Shown here piece by piece: positions 1-8,229 of a stretch of 64,000 bases of DNA. A model generated the notes under the pieces. It did no database searches, had not been told where the DNA came from, and was given only the letters and a program-made list of their open reading frames with translations. This stretch comes from Parcubacteria group bacterium (GTDB taxonomy: Bacteria > Patescibacteriota > Minisyncoccia > Moranbacterales > UBA2206). The position numbers and the translations under genes were made by a program. Position 1 is the stretch's first letter, and every line of letters begins with the position of its first letter. The stretch spans positions 321,719 to 385,718 of the forward strand of contig JBAZYF010000001.1 in assembly GCA_041659505.1 (NCBI GenBank), in the 5' to 3' direction.

Positions 1-901
1 ATTCTTTGATGGCCTTTTCGGTAGCTTGTTCATTGCTAACTTTCCCAGCATTTTGTAACACACCCTTGCCATAATTTTTAACAAATTTATCTAATTCCGC
101 CACCCAATCAACCATACGCATTTTTTGTTTTTCTCGGGCTTTTATTTCAGCCAAATCAAAGAATGCCGAAACCATGCGGTTGAGCCGAAACAATTCGTCT
201 TCGGTAAGATAGTTTTTTGCCACTGTAACTTCAGATAATATTGGCAATACTCCAGCAAAAGTGGTCAGTCCCATAAAATCTTTTTTGGCATCGGCTCTTT
301 CGGCGATTGTTTCCGCGGCGGTGTACTGATTGGTCGCATAATGAAGTTTGTTTTGCACCACCTTAAAAAATGCAATTGATTCAGAACCATGAGGATCATA
401 ATCAATGCTCGTAGCATACAAATCCAACACCTGACGATAAAGAGCTTTTTCACTGCTTCGAATATCACGGATGCGATCAAGCAATTCTTTCCAATAATCT
501 CCCCCGCCGGTCCCCTTGAGCCTCTCATCGTCAATCACAAAACCTTTAACAATATACTCTCTTAATTTTTGCGTCGCCCAAATGCGGAATTGTGTACCGC
601 GTGATGATTTCACGCGATAGCCAACGGAAATAATTACATCAAGATTATAGTTTTTTACAAGGTAATTTTTGCCATCAGAAGCAGTTGTCGAGTATTCCTC
701 GGTAACTGAACTTTCCCCTAGCTCAGCCTCTTTGAAGATATTTTTTAGGTGCAAGCTAATATTATCGACACTGCAATCAAAAAGCTCCGCCATTTGCTTT
801 TGCGAAAGCCAAACGGTCTCGTCTTTCATCCGCACCTCAATCTTAGTCTCGCCGTCTGCGGTGTTATAGATAATTATTTGGTTTTGGATTGCTTTTTTCA
901 T
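1..901 (-). CDS. RhuM-family (virulence RhuM / putative DNA-binding) protein, partial, runs off left edge
   Basis: Manual translation from ATG at 901: MKKAIQNQIIIYNTADGETKIEVRMKDETVWLSQKQMAELF...YNLDVIISVGYRVKSSRGTQFRIWATQKLREYIVKGFVIDDERLK, typical RhuM. Missing from the ORF track because there is no stop in the window. Confidence 0.85.
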   Translation of the reverse strand, partial: MKKAIQNQIIIYNTADGETKIEVRMKDETVWLSQKQMAELFDCSVDNISLHLKNIFKEAELGESSVTEEYSTTASDGKNYLVKNYNLDVIISVGYRVKSSRGTQFRIWATQKLREYIVKGFVIDDERLKGTGGGDYWKELLDRIRDIRSSEKALYRQVLDLYATSIDYDPHGSESIAFFKVVQNKLHYATNQYTAAETIAERADAKKDFMGLTTFAGVLPILSEVTVAKNYLTEDELFRLNRMVSAFFDLAEIKAREKQKMRMVDWVAELDKFVKNYGKGVLQNAGKVSNEQATEKAIKE

Positions 902-1105
902 ATTTTTTTATTACTGAATTTATTCAGGAATTATTTATAGCCATTAACTCACTTTGTCCAGAAACCGATGTCGGTGCCGAGAAGGAATACGAGAATAGCA
1001 AAAAGAATTTTTATTTTTTTATTTTCTGGATGAAGTAGTACTTGTTTATTTTTTGCAAGTTTGCGCCATTAACTTTTTTATTTAATAAGTTGATTTATTA
1101 TGTAA

Positions 1106-3793
1106 TTATCGTGCCTCAAACTCAATTTTTCTCAACTGAATCATTTCATCTTCTCTTTTTCTCTCTTCTTCCGCTTTTTCTTTGAATTTTTCAATCATTC
1201 TTAAGGCAAATTTTTTAACCCATCCTTCATTTTTATTAACATAATCTTCTAATAATTTGACTTTTTCTTTATAAGCCTCGGAAAAACCGTGTACCCCCAT
1301 AACTGTTCCCGTTGAATACATAACGGACTCGACTCTATCTAAGACTTCCTTATCGGTGGTTTTTTTCACAATTTCAAAGCAAATTTCAAACGGTGGAACA
1401 TTGACAGTTCTCAAGATATCAATTGCATTGTTAAAACTTTTTTTGTCTCCTCGATTAATAATATTTTTTAAAACATCTGCAAAAGATAAATTCATTTTTT
1501 CAATAAATTCACCTAATTCCCAATTATACACGCTCCAGTCTTTTGTCATTTTTTCGGACCATTCAGAAACATATTCAAGATACCCATTTTTTTGATCCTC
1601 ACTGATATATTTTATCAAATCATCATTGAAATGATACGGAATCGCGTTATATCGCCTGTCTTTAAATTTTTTCTTCGGATTTTCTTTATCGGCCTTCTGA
1701 ATTCTTTTTAAAAACACCTCCATCAATTGGTCGAAATATTTTTCACCAATACCTAAGAGAATATTTTGCGCGCTATGATCCAGATCACTCAATTCCACTA
1801 GCCTCTTTAAAATATAATTCCTCAAGCCATTACTCCAATTTGAGATATGCGCCATTCGCTTGCTATTCATAAAATCCAACTCCCTGACATATAAACTCAG
1901 TAATTCTTGGTTGCTTTCCATTTCTTCAATTATTAATTTCTCTATTGCAATAGGATTTTTTTCGAATATTTGCAAAAGTCCAGAAAATAAAGAGGAGTGC
2001 AATAATAATTTATTAGTTCCTTTCGCCCTCAAAAATTTATATTTTCCTTTGCCCACTATGGATTTCCTTAGTAAATCTATGTCGCTTTGCCTGACAACTT
2101 TTTTTATATCTTTTGCATCAATATACATTAAAGAAACGAATGCTGTGGAAAGCAAGTCGGATGATTTAATTTCAATTATTTTCTCGACATATCTATCCCA
2201 AAGTATAACATTGTTTTTTCGCCTAAAACCAGACAGAAAATAATCAACGAAGTTAATGAGTGGTTTTTTATTTTTAAATGCGTCATCTAATAACATTTCG
2301 GCAATCATTGGCTTTTCTTCGGCAATTCTTTGCATAAAATTGTTAAACCCCTGAAGCGTCCACCCCTCAATAACATTTTTATATTTTGCAATATTATCCA
2401 AAGTTTCAATCCATCCATTAACATTGTCGTCATTTATTTTTTTAAGAGAATCATCAATTTTATCATCCTTCTTTTTTTGCCAAGCCTCATAACCTCCTTC
2501 ATGATAAACAACATCGCCAATAAGCATTCTGTATAGCCCGTAGAATTCATCTTCTCTGATCTTTTTTGTTATGTTTTCAATCTTTTTCTTATCAATAAAT
2601 TCATCCCCTTTCGACATCCAATACAGCCTATTCTCAATTTCAAGAATAATTGGTGCTTCGGCTATAATACTGCTTTTTTTATCGAAAATTACTTTTTCAT
2701 AAAATCCTACAATATAATTCAAATCATCCGCAACAAACTTTCTTCCTTTTTCATCAATACTAGAGTGAACTCTGGAAGCGTTTTCAAGAACATTAAGTAA
2801 ACTGATTTTTTCTTTTATATCCTCACTGTGATTAAAAGTTTCCATAATTAAATTAATGGAGTCAACTCTTATCTTTTTCAGGTAATCGGTCGGAGATAAC
2901 GGACCTGATTTAAAGACCATCTTATTCGCCTCGACCATTTCTGTTCCCTCAAACTCAAATTGCAAAAACTCACCCACTACTAGATTTATAATTTCTAAAT
3001 ATTTATCCCGCTTTTTTTCTTTCCACCCCAAGATAATGTCTAAAATTTTTCTTTGTGTCGTGTAACCGATATTTTTCAGAGCGAAGTAATTATATTTGGT
3101 AAGATTTTTTATAGCATCTTTTGATTTTTCAGAAATCTTTCCGTCTATTTTTAGATCAATCAAAATCTCAAAAACATCTTCTGTCTTTATATATTTAATG
3201 TAGCTTAATAATTCAACGCATTTCAAAACAAGATCTTCATAATTCTTGCCATCATATGTTCCAAATTTAGTTTTATATTTTTTGACTCTGTTTGTTTTCT
3301 TGTTTTTAATAATATCCCTGACAATATCCAACGCAATTTCCGGAACTTTATATATAAATTCTTCCAGCAATTCTAATTTTTGAAAAATTTCATCATTATT
3401 TTTATTCTTCATTACCTCCATTTTCATTTTTAGCGACGTACTACTTAAAAATGAATTTGAAATGTCACTATCAATTTTTAGCAGTTTTGAAAAAGCCCTT
3501 TTCTTTTCTTCATGATTAAACAACTTTAAAATTTCTTCAATTTTTATAAAACGGAAAAACATAGTCCCTGCTTCTTTGCTATATTTCACAGTAAAAATAT
3601 CTCTTTCTTTTGAAACCAAGTCCATTTTTAATAAATCTTCTAGATATTTTTTTTGAAAATCTACAGTAACCCCGATAATATTTTCAATCTTTTCCATAAT
3701 TCCACTCTCGGTTTGCATATCTAAATGTCCCAATAAACTGATTATTGAGTAAAAATTATTTAATTTTTTTGGAATATTATTTTTTTTCATCAT
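1106..3793 (-). CDS. Large all-helical protein (895 aa) resembling the winged-helix plus C-terminal sensor half of nuclease-STAND NTPase proteins
   Basis: Long ORF in very AT-rich DNA. C-terminus TGTVMGVHGFSEAYKEK...VKKFA...ERKREDEMIQLRKIEF recalls the tail of large REase-ATPase proteins. No Walker A motif visible. Confidence 0.55.
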   Translation of the reverse strand: MMKKNNIPKKLNNFYSIISLLGHLDMQTESGIMEKIENIIGVTVDFQKKYLEDLLKMDLVSKERDIFTVKYSKEAGTMFFRFIKIEEILKLFNHEEKKRAFSKLLKIDSDISNSFLSSTSLKMKMEVMKNKNNDEIFQKLELLEEFIYKVPEIALDIVRDIIKNKKTNRVKKYKTKFGTYDGKNYEDLVLKCVELLSYIKYIKTEDVFEILIDLKIDGKISEKSKDAIKNLTKYNYFALKNIGYTTQRKILDIILGWKEKKRDKYLEIINLVVGEFLQFEFEGTEMVEANKMVFKSGPLSPTDYLKKIRVDSINLIMETFNHSEDIKEKISLLNVLENASRVHSSIDEKGRKFVADDLNYIVGFYEKVIFDKKSSIIAEAPIILEIENRLYWMSKGDEFIDKKKIENITKKIREDEFYGLYRMLIGDVVYHEGGYEAWQKKKDDKIDDSLKKINDDNVNGWIETLDNIAKYKNVIEGWTLQGFNNFMQRIAEEKPMIAEMLLDDAFKNKKPLINFVDYFLSGFRRKNNVILWDRYVEKIIEIKSSDLLSTAFVSLMYIDAKDIKKVVRQSDIDLLRKSIVGKGKYKFLRAKGTNKLLLHSSLFSGLLQIFEKNPIAIEKLIIEEMESNQELLSLYVRELDFMNSKRMAHISNWSNGLRNYILKRLVELSDLDHSAQNILLGIGEKYFDQLMEVFLKRIQKADKENPKKKFKDRRYNAIPYHFNDDLIKYISEDQKNGYLEYVSEWSEKMTKDWSVYNWELGEFIEKMNLSFADVLKNIINRGDKKSFNNAIDILRTVNVPPFEICFEIVKKTTDKEVLDRVESVMYSTGTVMGVHGFSEAYKEKVKLLEDYVNKNEGWVKKFALRMIEKFKEKAEEERKREDEMIQLRKIEFEAR

Positions 3794-4526
3794 TTTTTGA
3801 AATATATTTGAATTGTTCTTTTATATTTTCTGCTTCGTTTATCCTCTCTTGATTTAATAATTCATGTTCCTTTTTTAGCTTGTTGGTGCTTGGATCATTA
3901 ATAATTCTACCCACATCCTCTCCATTATAATTTCTTCGACTATTAACTTCTATAAATTCTCGTCTTAAGTCATTAATAATATCATCTTTACTTGCTAAAT
4001 TATTAGGCATTTGTTCGTTGCTGTACATTTTTTCCCAAATAGCAGGATACAAAGCAATGCATTTTTTTAATGATAAGCTTCCCGGTGACCACCATAAAAT
4101 TTGAGATTGACCAAGTCCCAAATTATTTATTTTTGGTATTGTGTCTAACAACCATTTATCCTGTTCTTTATATTTTGAAACTACACAATAGCAAGTTGGT
4201 CCAGTTTGACCCATTACCAACATGTCGATAATTTTGTCAGCTAGCTCTTTTTTATAAATTTTTTTTCCATACTTTCCTCTCAACTCATGACTCTTGCATT
4301 CAAACCACCAATCATACAGGACTCCATTATGTCTCCATTTTGCAGTTATATCCCTTCCGTTCTGATCTCCTGCTTGCTGAATACATGGCTCTAATATAAA
4401 CGTGCTTAATAAAAAACATTCTTTAATAAATATCTTTAAAAATTCACAAAATATTTTTTCAAACTTTGTTCCCTGTGCTTGAGAATTTTTATTTTTTTTA
4501 GTTTTAGTGAGATTACTTTTTGGCAT
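3777..4526 (-). CDS. PD-(D/E)xK restriction-endonuclease-like protein
   Basis: Motif GTKFE...GDQNGRDI...WWFECKSH matches Mrr-like REase catalytic spacing. Overlaps the next ORF by 17 nt. Confidence 0.65.
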   Translation of the reverse strand: MPKSNLTKTKKNKNSQAQGTKFEKIFCEFLKIFIKECFLLSTFILEPCIQQAGDQNGRDITAKWRHNGVLYDWWFECKSHELRGKYGKKIYKKELADKIIDMLVMGQTGPTCYCVVSKYKEQDKWLLDTIPKINNLGLGQSQILWWSPGSLSLKKCIALYPAIWEKMYSNEQMPNNLASKDDIINDLRREFIEVNSRRNYNGEDVGRIINDPSTNKLKKEHELLNQERINEAENIKEQFKYISKNDEKK

Positions 4527-4549
4527 TTTTTCATGAACTTGAATATTTT

Positions 4550-4870
4550 TTATACAACCCGAATAAAAGTTCCACCCTCTCCGCTGAAGAATTGAAGGGG
4601 GTTTTTGCCATAGGCGTTGTCCAAACTTCTTCCTTTGGACTTATGTTCAACCAAAAGCATCCCCGACCAAAACAAATCAACAAAACCTTGATTTCCTCCG
4701 TATTTTTTCACATGCACTTCAAATTGCGCCAAACGCCTCCGAGTCAATCCAAGCACATTGAAAAATCCATCCCAAAAAGATTTGGCTTCCGCGTCTTCCG
4801 AGCCTTCATCTTCCCATTCTTTGGAAAATTCAATCGCTCTTGATTTTATTTCATTCCATGATAGTGGCAT
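4550..4870 (-). pseudogene. 5' fragment of MmeI-like type IIL restriction-modification enzyme
   Basis: MPLSWNEIKSRAIEFSKEW...EAKSFWDGFFNVLG...GFVDLFWSGMLLVEHKSKGRSLDNAY is the MmeI-like N-terminal nuclease domain. Similarity stops after LDNAY, whereas full-length enzymes are about 900 aa. Confidence 0.8.
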
Positions 4871-4880
4871 AAAATTATTC

Positions 4881-5060
4881 TTATTTCTTCCAATCCTTAA
4901 CCAATACCCCTCCCCGAACACGTTTCACTACGACCTTTTGTTTGTCCTTCCAGCCAAGCTCGCGGACGACTTCGATGGGCAGAGTGAGACCGATGGATTT
5001 TCCGCCACCGGATTTGGTTAATTTTCTGATATTACTTTCTTCTGCTTTTCGCCTTGGCAT
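4881..5060 (-). CDS. AbrB/MazE/SpoVT-type small DNA-binding protein (59 aa)
   Basis: Manual translation MPRRKAEESNIRKLTKSGGGKSIGLTLPIEVVRELGWKDKQKVVVKRVRGGVLVKDWKK has the swapped-hairpin pattern (S.GLTLP..VV..LG). Below the ORF-track cutoff. Confidence 0.75.
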   Translation of the reverse strand: MPRRKAEESNIRKLTKSGGGKSIGLTLPIEVVRELGWKDKQKVVVKRVRGGVLVKDWKK

Positions 5061-5208
5061 ATGTTTTGATTTATTACTGAATTAGTTCCTGAATTTATCC
5101 TAATTCTACAACAAATCATAGCTTTAGTAAAACAGGCTTTTTCACCAAAAAACCCGCGAATGAGCGGGGTGCTTTAAATTGCTTGGTAATAATTTAGTAA
5201 AACAAAGG

Positions 5209-5263
5209 TCGCCTTCGCGTACCTTCTGGCGGACTGCGTCACGCCGAAGGTCCGCTACGGCGA
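5209..5263. repeat. REP-like repeat (ggcggactgcgtcacgccg family) just 3' of tRNA-Ser
   Basis: Core shared with 12801-12853 and the tandem units at 42992-43131. Confidence 0.55.
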
Positions 5264-5271
5264 ATCAATAG

Positions 5272-5358
5272 CGGAAGGAGAGGGATTTGAACCCTCGATG
5301 CCCGTTAAGGCATGCCGCATTTCGAGTGCGGTACTTTCAACCACTCAGCCATCCTTCC
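5272..5358 (-). tRNA. tRNA-Ser (CGA)
   Basis: Reverse complement ggaaggatggctgagtggttgaaagtaccgcactCGAaatgcgg...ggttcaaatccctctccttccg; long variable arm; CCA not encoded. Confidence 0.93.
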
Positions 5359-5384
5359 AAGACTATCCTGAACTGAAAATTTTG

Positions 5385-5458
5385 TGTTCTCAGGGGGGTT
5401 CGAACCTCCGACCTCAGGTTCCGGAAACCTGCGCTCTATCCAACTGAGCTATGAGAAC
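5385..5458 (-). tRNA. tRNA-Arg (CCG)
   Basis: gttctcatagctcagttggatagagcgcaggtttCCGgaacctgaggtcggaggttcgaacc...; cloverleaf folds. Confidence 0.93.
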
Positions 5459-5471
5459 TGAAAAACTTTTG

Positions 5472-5544
5472 TGGACTTGAGGAGAGTCGAACTCCTGACC
5501 CCTACAATGCGAATGTAGTGCTCTACCAACTGAGCTACAAGCCC
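5472..5544 (-). tRNA. tRNA-Ala (CGC)
   Basis: gggcttgtagctcagttggtagagcactacattCGCattgtaggggtcaggagttcgactctcctcaagtcca; G3:U70 pair present. Confidence 0.92.
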
Positions 5545-5606
5545 GAAATTAAGCATATTATCAATCTAGCACGCCTAATCGGTTTTGTGTAGTCTGGCAC
5601 GCGGAA

Positions 5607-5631
5607 AGACGTGGCAGTGCCACGTCTCTAC
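5607..5631. repeat. GTAG-type REP-like hairpin
   Basis: agacgtggca-g-tgccacgtct-ctac; sister copy at 57836-57860. Confidence 0.55.
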
Positions 5632-5644
5632 AAGCATGCCCAAT

Positions 5645-6139
5645 CTAATTCCTGCCACAACCATGGCAGTTTGCGCCGGGACCAAAATTGCCGCCTGGGG
5701 TGATATTTTTCATCATCCCCCGCATCGGTCCTTGCTGTAGCCAGACATTATCCAGCCCGGTCATATCAATAACGATTCCTGTAGCAATAATTGCCAGGAC
5801 AAAACCCAAGATCAAAAACCAAAAATTCTTCTTATAGGAAAAATCAAATTTGCGCATTAAAACTACGCCGATTATTAATGCTAAAATTGCGACCAGCGGA
5901 ACCCAGAGCGGAAAACTGGTGAGCAATTGTTCTAGGCGAAATTGCCCCATCGGTCCGTGCGTACGAAACATAAAGCGCATCAGGCTGACTAAAAAAATTG
6001 CTGTGACGCTTGACGCAACCAATCCAGTGAAAACAAAGATTGATCCAAGGATAAAATAAATCCGGGGGCGCATCTTGATTTGACCTTTGTTAATTTTTTC
6101 CATCACGGCGCTGGAAATATTTACTGATTCTTTTGGCAT
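5645..6139 (-). CDS. Membrane protein (3 TM), candidate anti-sigma factor
   Basis: Three hydrophobic segments; overlaps the stop of the ECF sigma gene; C-terminal CHGC. Confidence 0.55.
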   Translation of the reverse strand: MPKESVNISSAVMEKINKGQIKMRPRIYFILGSIFVFTGLVASSVTAIFLVSLMRFMFRTHGPMGQFRLEQLLTSFPLWVPLVAILALIIGVVLMRKFDFSYKKNFWFLILGFVLAIIATGIVIDMTGLDNVWLQQGPMRGMMKNITPGGNFGPGANCHGCGRN

Positions 6140-6687
6140 ACTTTTTTCATTAATAATTTTGCGCGACTGATCCTAGTTGCCACTGTCCCCTGCGGTAGCT
6201 TTAAGATATCACCGATCTCTTCGTAGGATTTTTCTTCGATGCAATATAGCGCTAGCGGCTCGGAATAAGCCAGCGGGAGTTTGGCTAAACATTTTTCCAC
6301 CGCGGCGACAATTTCTTTTTGCGAATAATCTTTTTCCAAATCTTCCACGCTTTCAAAATCAAACTCTGGAAGCATCGGCAGTTCTTTTTGATATTTTTTC
6401 AAAACATTGAGCGCCTCGTTGTGCACGATGCGATAGATCCAGCTGGAAAATTTTTTCTTGAGATTAAACCCATTAAGATTAACAAAGGCGCTGATAAAAG
6501 CTTCCTGCACAACATCTTTGGCGCGGTGCTCATCTTTAACTAAATTATTAGCATAGCGCAAAAGCTTGGATTGATACCGCTCCATCAAGTACGCATAAAA
6601 TTCCTGATTTTCCAATCGAACTTTTTCCACAATCTCTTCATCGGTCAGTTTTTCAAAAGCGTTATTTTTGACAGCTTTATTTTGCAT
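6121..6687 (-). CDS. ECF RNA polymerase sigma factor (RpoE/SigW-like)
   Basis: Region 2 (AKDVVQEAFI...FSSWIYRIVHN) and region 4 (SYEEIGDIL...GTVATRISRAK). Start moved to MQNK, 6 nt after TATAAT. Confidence 0.9.
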   Translation of the reverse strand: MQNKAVKNNAFEKLTDEEIVEKVRLENQEFYAYLMERYQSKLLRYANNLVKDEHRAKDVVQEAFISAFVNLNGFNLKKKFSSWIYRIVHNEALNVLKKYQKELPMLPEFDFESVEDLEKDYSQKEIVAAVEKCLAKLPLAYSEPLALYCIEEKSYEEIGDILKLPQGTVATRISRAKLLMKKVCQKNQ

Positions 6688-6701
6688 AATCTGATTATAG
6701 C

Positions 6702-6881
6702 AGAACTTACGCATTCGCTCGAGTCAGCCGCATTTTCTAAAAAAATCTTGTCTGAGAATGCCTTTTTTCTTCAAAATTTTCCATTGGTTGCCGTCGATTG
6801 AGGGAAAATTTTGAAAAGAAAAAAGAGCGTTCGAGTTATTTTTTTAGAAAATACGGCTGTGAGGTGAAATGTATAAGTTCT
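6702..6881. mobile_element. MITE-like long hairpin, family A copy 1 (ends related to GGACTTACGCA)
   Basis: About 180-nt imperfect inverted repeat; nearly identical copy at 35340-35517. Confidence 0.7.
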
Positions 6882-6937
6882 AAAAATATTAAGCTCCAGC
6901 AGAACTGGAGCTTAAATATAACTTGCCTCGTCAACGC

Positions 6938-7318
6938 TTAGCGATTTTGGCAATTCCCCATTCCCCTGCCGGCACCAGTACCATTTTTCAGTCCCAGTCC
7001 AAGTTCTGCGCGAATTTTTTGCGCTCCGGCTAAATCACCACTTTCTGCTAAACGATGCGCTTCGGCAAATCTCGCAAAATTGCTTTCATTCACAACTTGC
7101 ATCGCTCGACCGCGTCCCGCCATCAGACTTTTCCAAGCATTGTAATCATTATTTTTAAATGCTTCTAGCATTGCTTCGTGTCGCTCCTCCGAATAGTTAG
7201 GTCCCTTAACATTTGGATCGCCCTCGTATGCCTGCGAGCTATTAGCAAACGCCACTGCACCACCCAAAATAATTGCTAGCGCGCCTAATCCTATGATTGT
7301 TTTTTTCGTATTATTCAT
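6938..7318 (-). CDS. Secreted small helical protein with Gly-rich tail
   Basis: Signal peptide (AFANSSQA); GRGMG C-terminus; followed by hairpin aagctccag..ctggagctt. Confidence 0.7.
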   Translation of the reverse strand: MNNTKKTIIGLGALAIILGGAVAFANSSQAYEGDPNVKGPNYSEERHEAMLEAFKNNDYNAWKSLMAGRGRAMQVVNESNFARFAEAHRLAESGDLAGAQKIRAELGLGLKNGTGAGRGMGNCQNR

Positions 7319-7333
7319 ATAATTTTATTTGTT

Positions 7334-7474
7334 TAGGACTTACGCATTTGGCTGGGAAAAGTTCGCATGGTAATCTTTTTTAGCATCCTCAGGCTTTTGG
7401 TAAACCAGAGAGGGAAAACCAAGTTGCGGTAACCGTGCTTTCAGAATTTTTTCCAGGCAAATGCGTAAGTCCTA
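7334..7474. mobile_element. MITE-like element, family B copy 1
   Basis: Perfect 17-bp TIR taggacttacgcatttg / caaatgcgtaagtccta; core shared with 10586-10726. Confidence 0.75.
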
Positions 7475-7594
7475 TATTAGATTAATTAAGTTTATCGACC
7501 CTTCTAATATTAATACAATCTGAGATGCGTTTTTCTTTCACTTGCAAAAAAGCGCCCTTTTGAGGCGCTTTTAGACAAGTTAATCAGAAAAAAA

Positions 7595-8209
7595 CTAAAT
7601 GCTAGAAGATTTTGAGGTAGGAGTGGTTTTGGTTGGCGCATTGTTGGTAGGTGCGGTCTTGTCCGCACTTGCATCAGGAGCGGATTTTTGCCATTTGGTT
7701 GCGTCCCAAGTCAGTTTGTCTCGCAGGGCGCTTTCCACCAGATAGGTGTTTTTGATTCCGTCTTTTCGCATATAAAACTGGTTAGGCACACTGCTGGCTT
7801 TTCCCACTAGGAAAATATTGTCTTGGCCGTTTTTTGTGATGATCAGTTGAATAGCACTTGCACTGTCAACGCCAAATTTAGCTTGATTAGTTTCGGTTTG
7901 AGAAACCATTTCTCCGACTTTAAGACCCTTGAGTTCCGTAAAAAAGTCAGCCACTTTTTGAGCGTCTGCTTCATCATTGCCAATCAGCCATTTTCCGTCC
8001 TGGAAAGAAAGCGTTTTTTCCGCACTGGCATTTTTAATCACAATTTTCCCCACAGAACTTTCCGAGAAATCCGAAAAATTAAGACTGATATTTTTGGGCG
8101 CGCTGGCATCCTTGTTCCCATTAATCATCCGACCGACAAAAGGCAGGGCAACAATCACGGCCATGACAATAAAAACGCCTGTTAAAATTTTTAGCATTTG
8201 ATTATTCAT
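7595..8209 (-). CDS. DUF4340-like membrane-anchored protein
   Basis: N-terminal TM; W.I....AD...V..F...L and VGK....Y.R motifs; last gene of the Gld-like ABC operon. Confidence 0.7.
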   Translation of the reverse strand: MNNQMLKILTGVFIVMAVIVALPFVGRMINGNKDASAPKNISLNFSDFSESSVGKIVIKNASAEKTLSFQDGKWLIGNDEADAQKVADFFTELKGLKVGEMVSQTETNQAKFGVDSASAIQLIITKNGQDNIFLVGKASSVPNQFYMRKDGIKNTYLVESALRDKLTWDATKWQKSAPDASADKTAPTNNAPTKTTPTSKSSSI

Positions 8210-8229
8210 AGTAAAAATAGGTTAATGAT

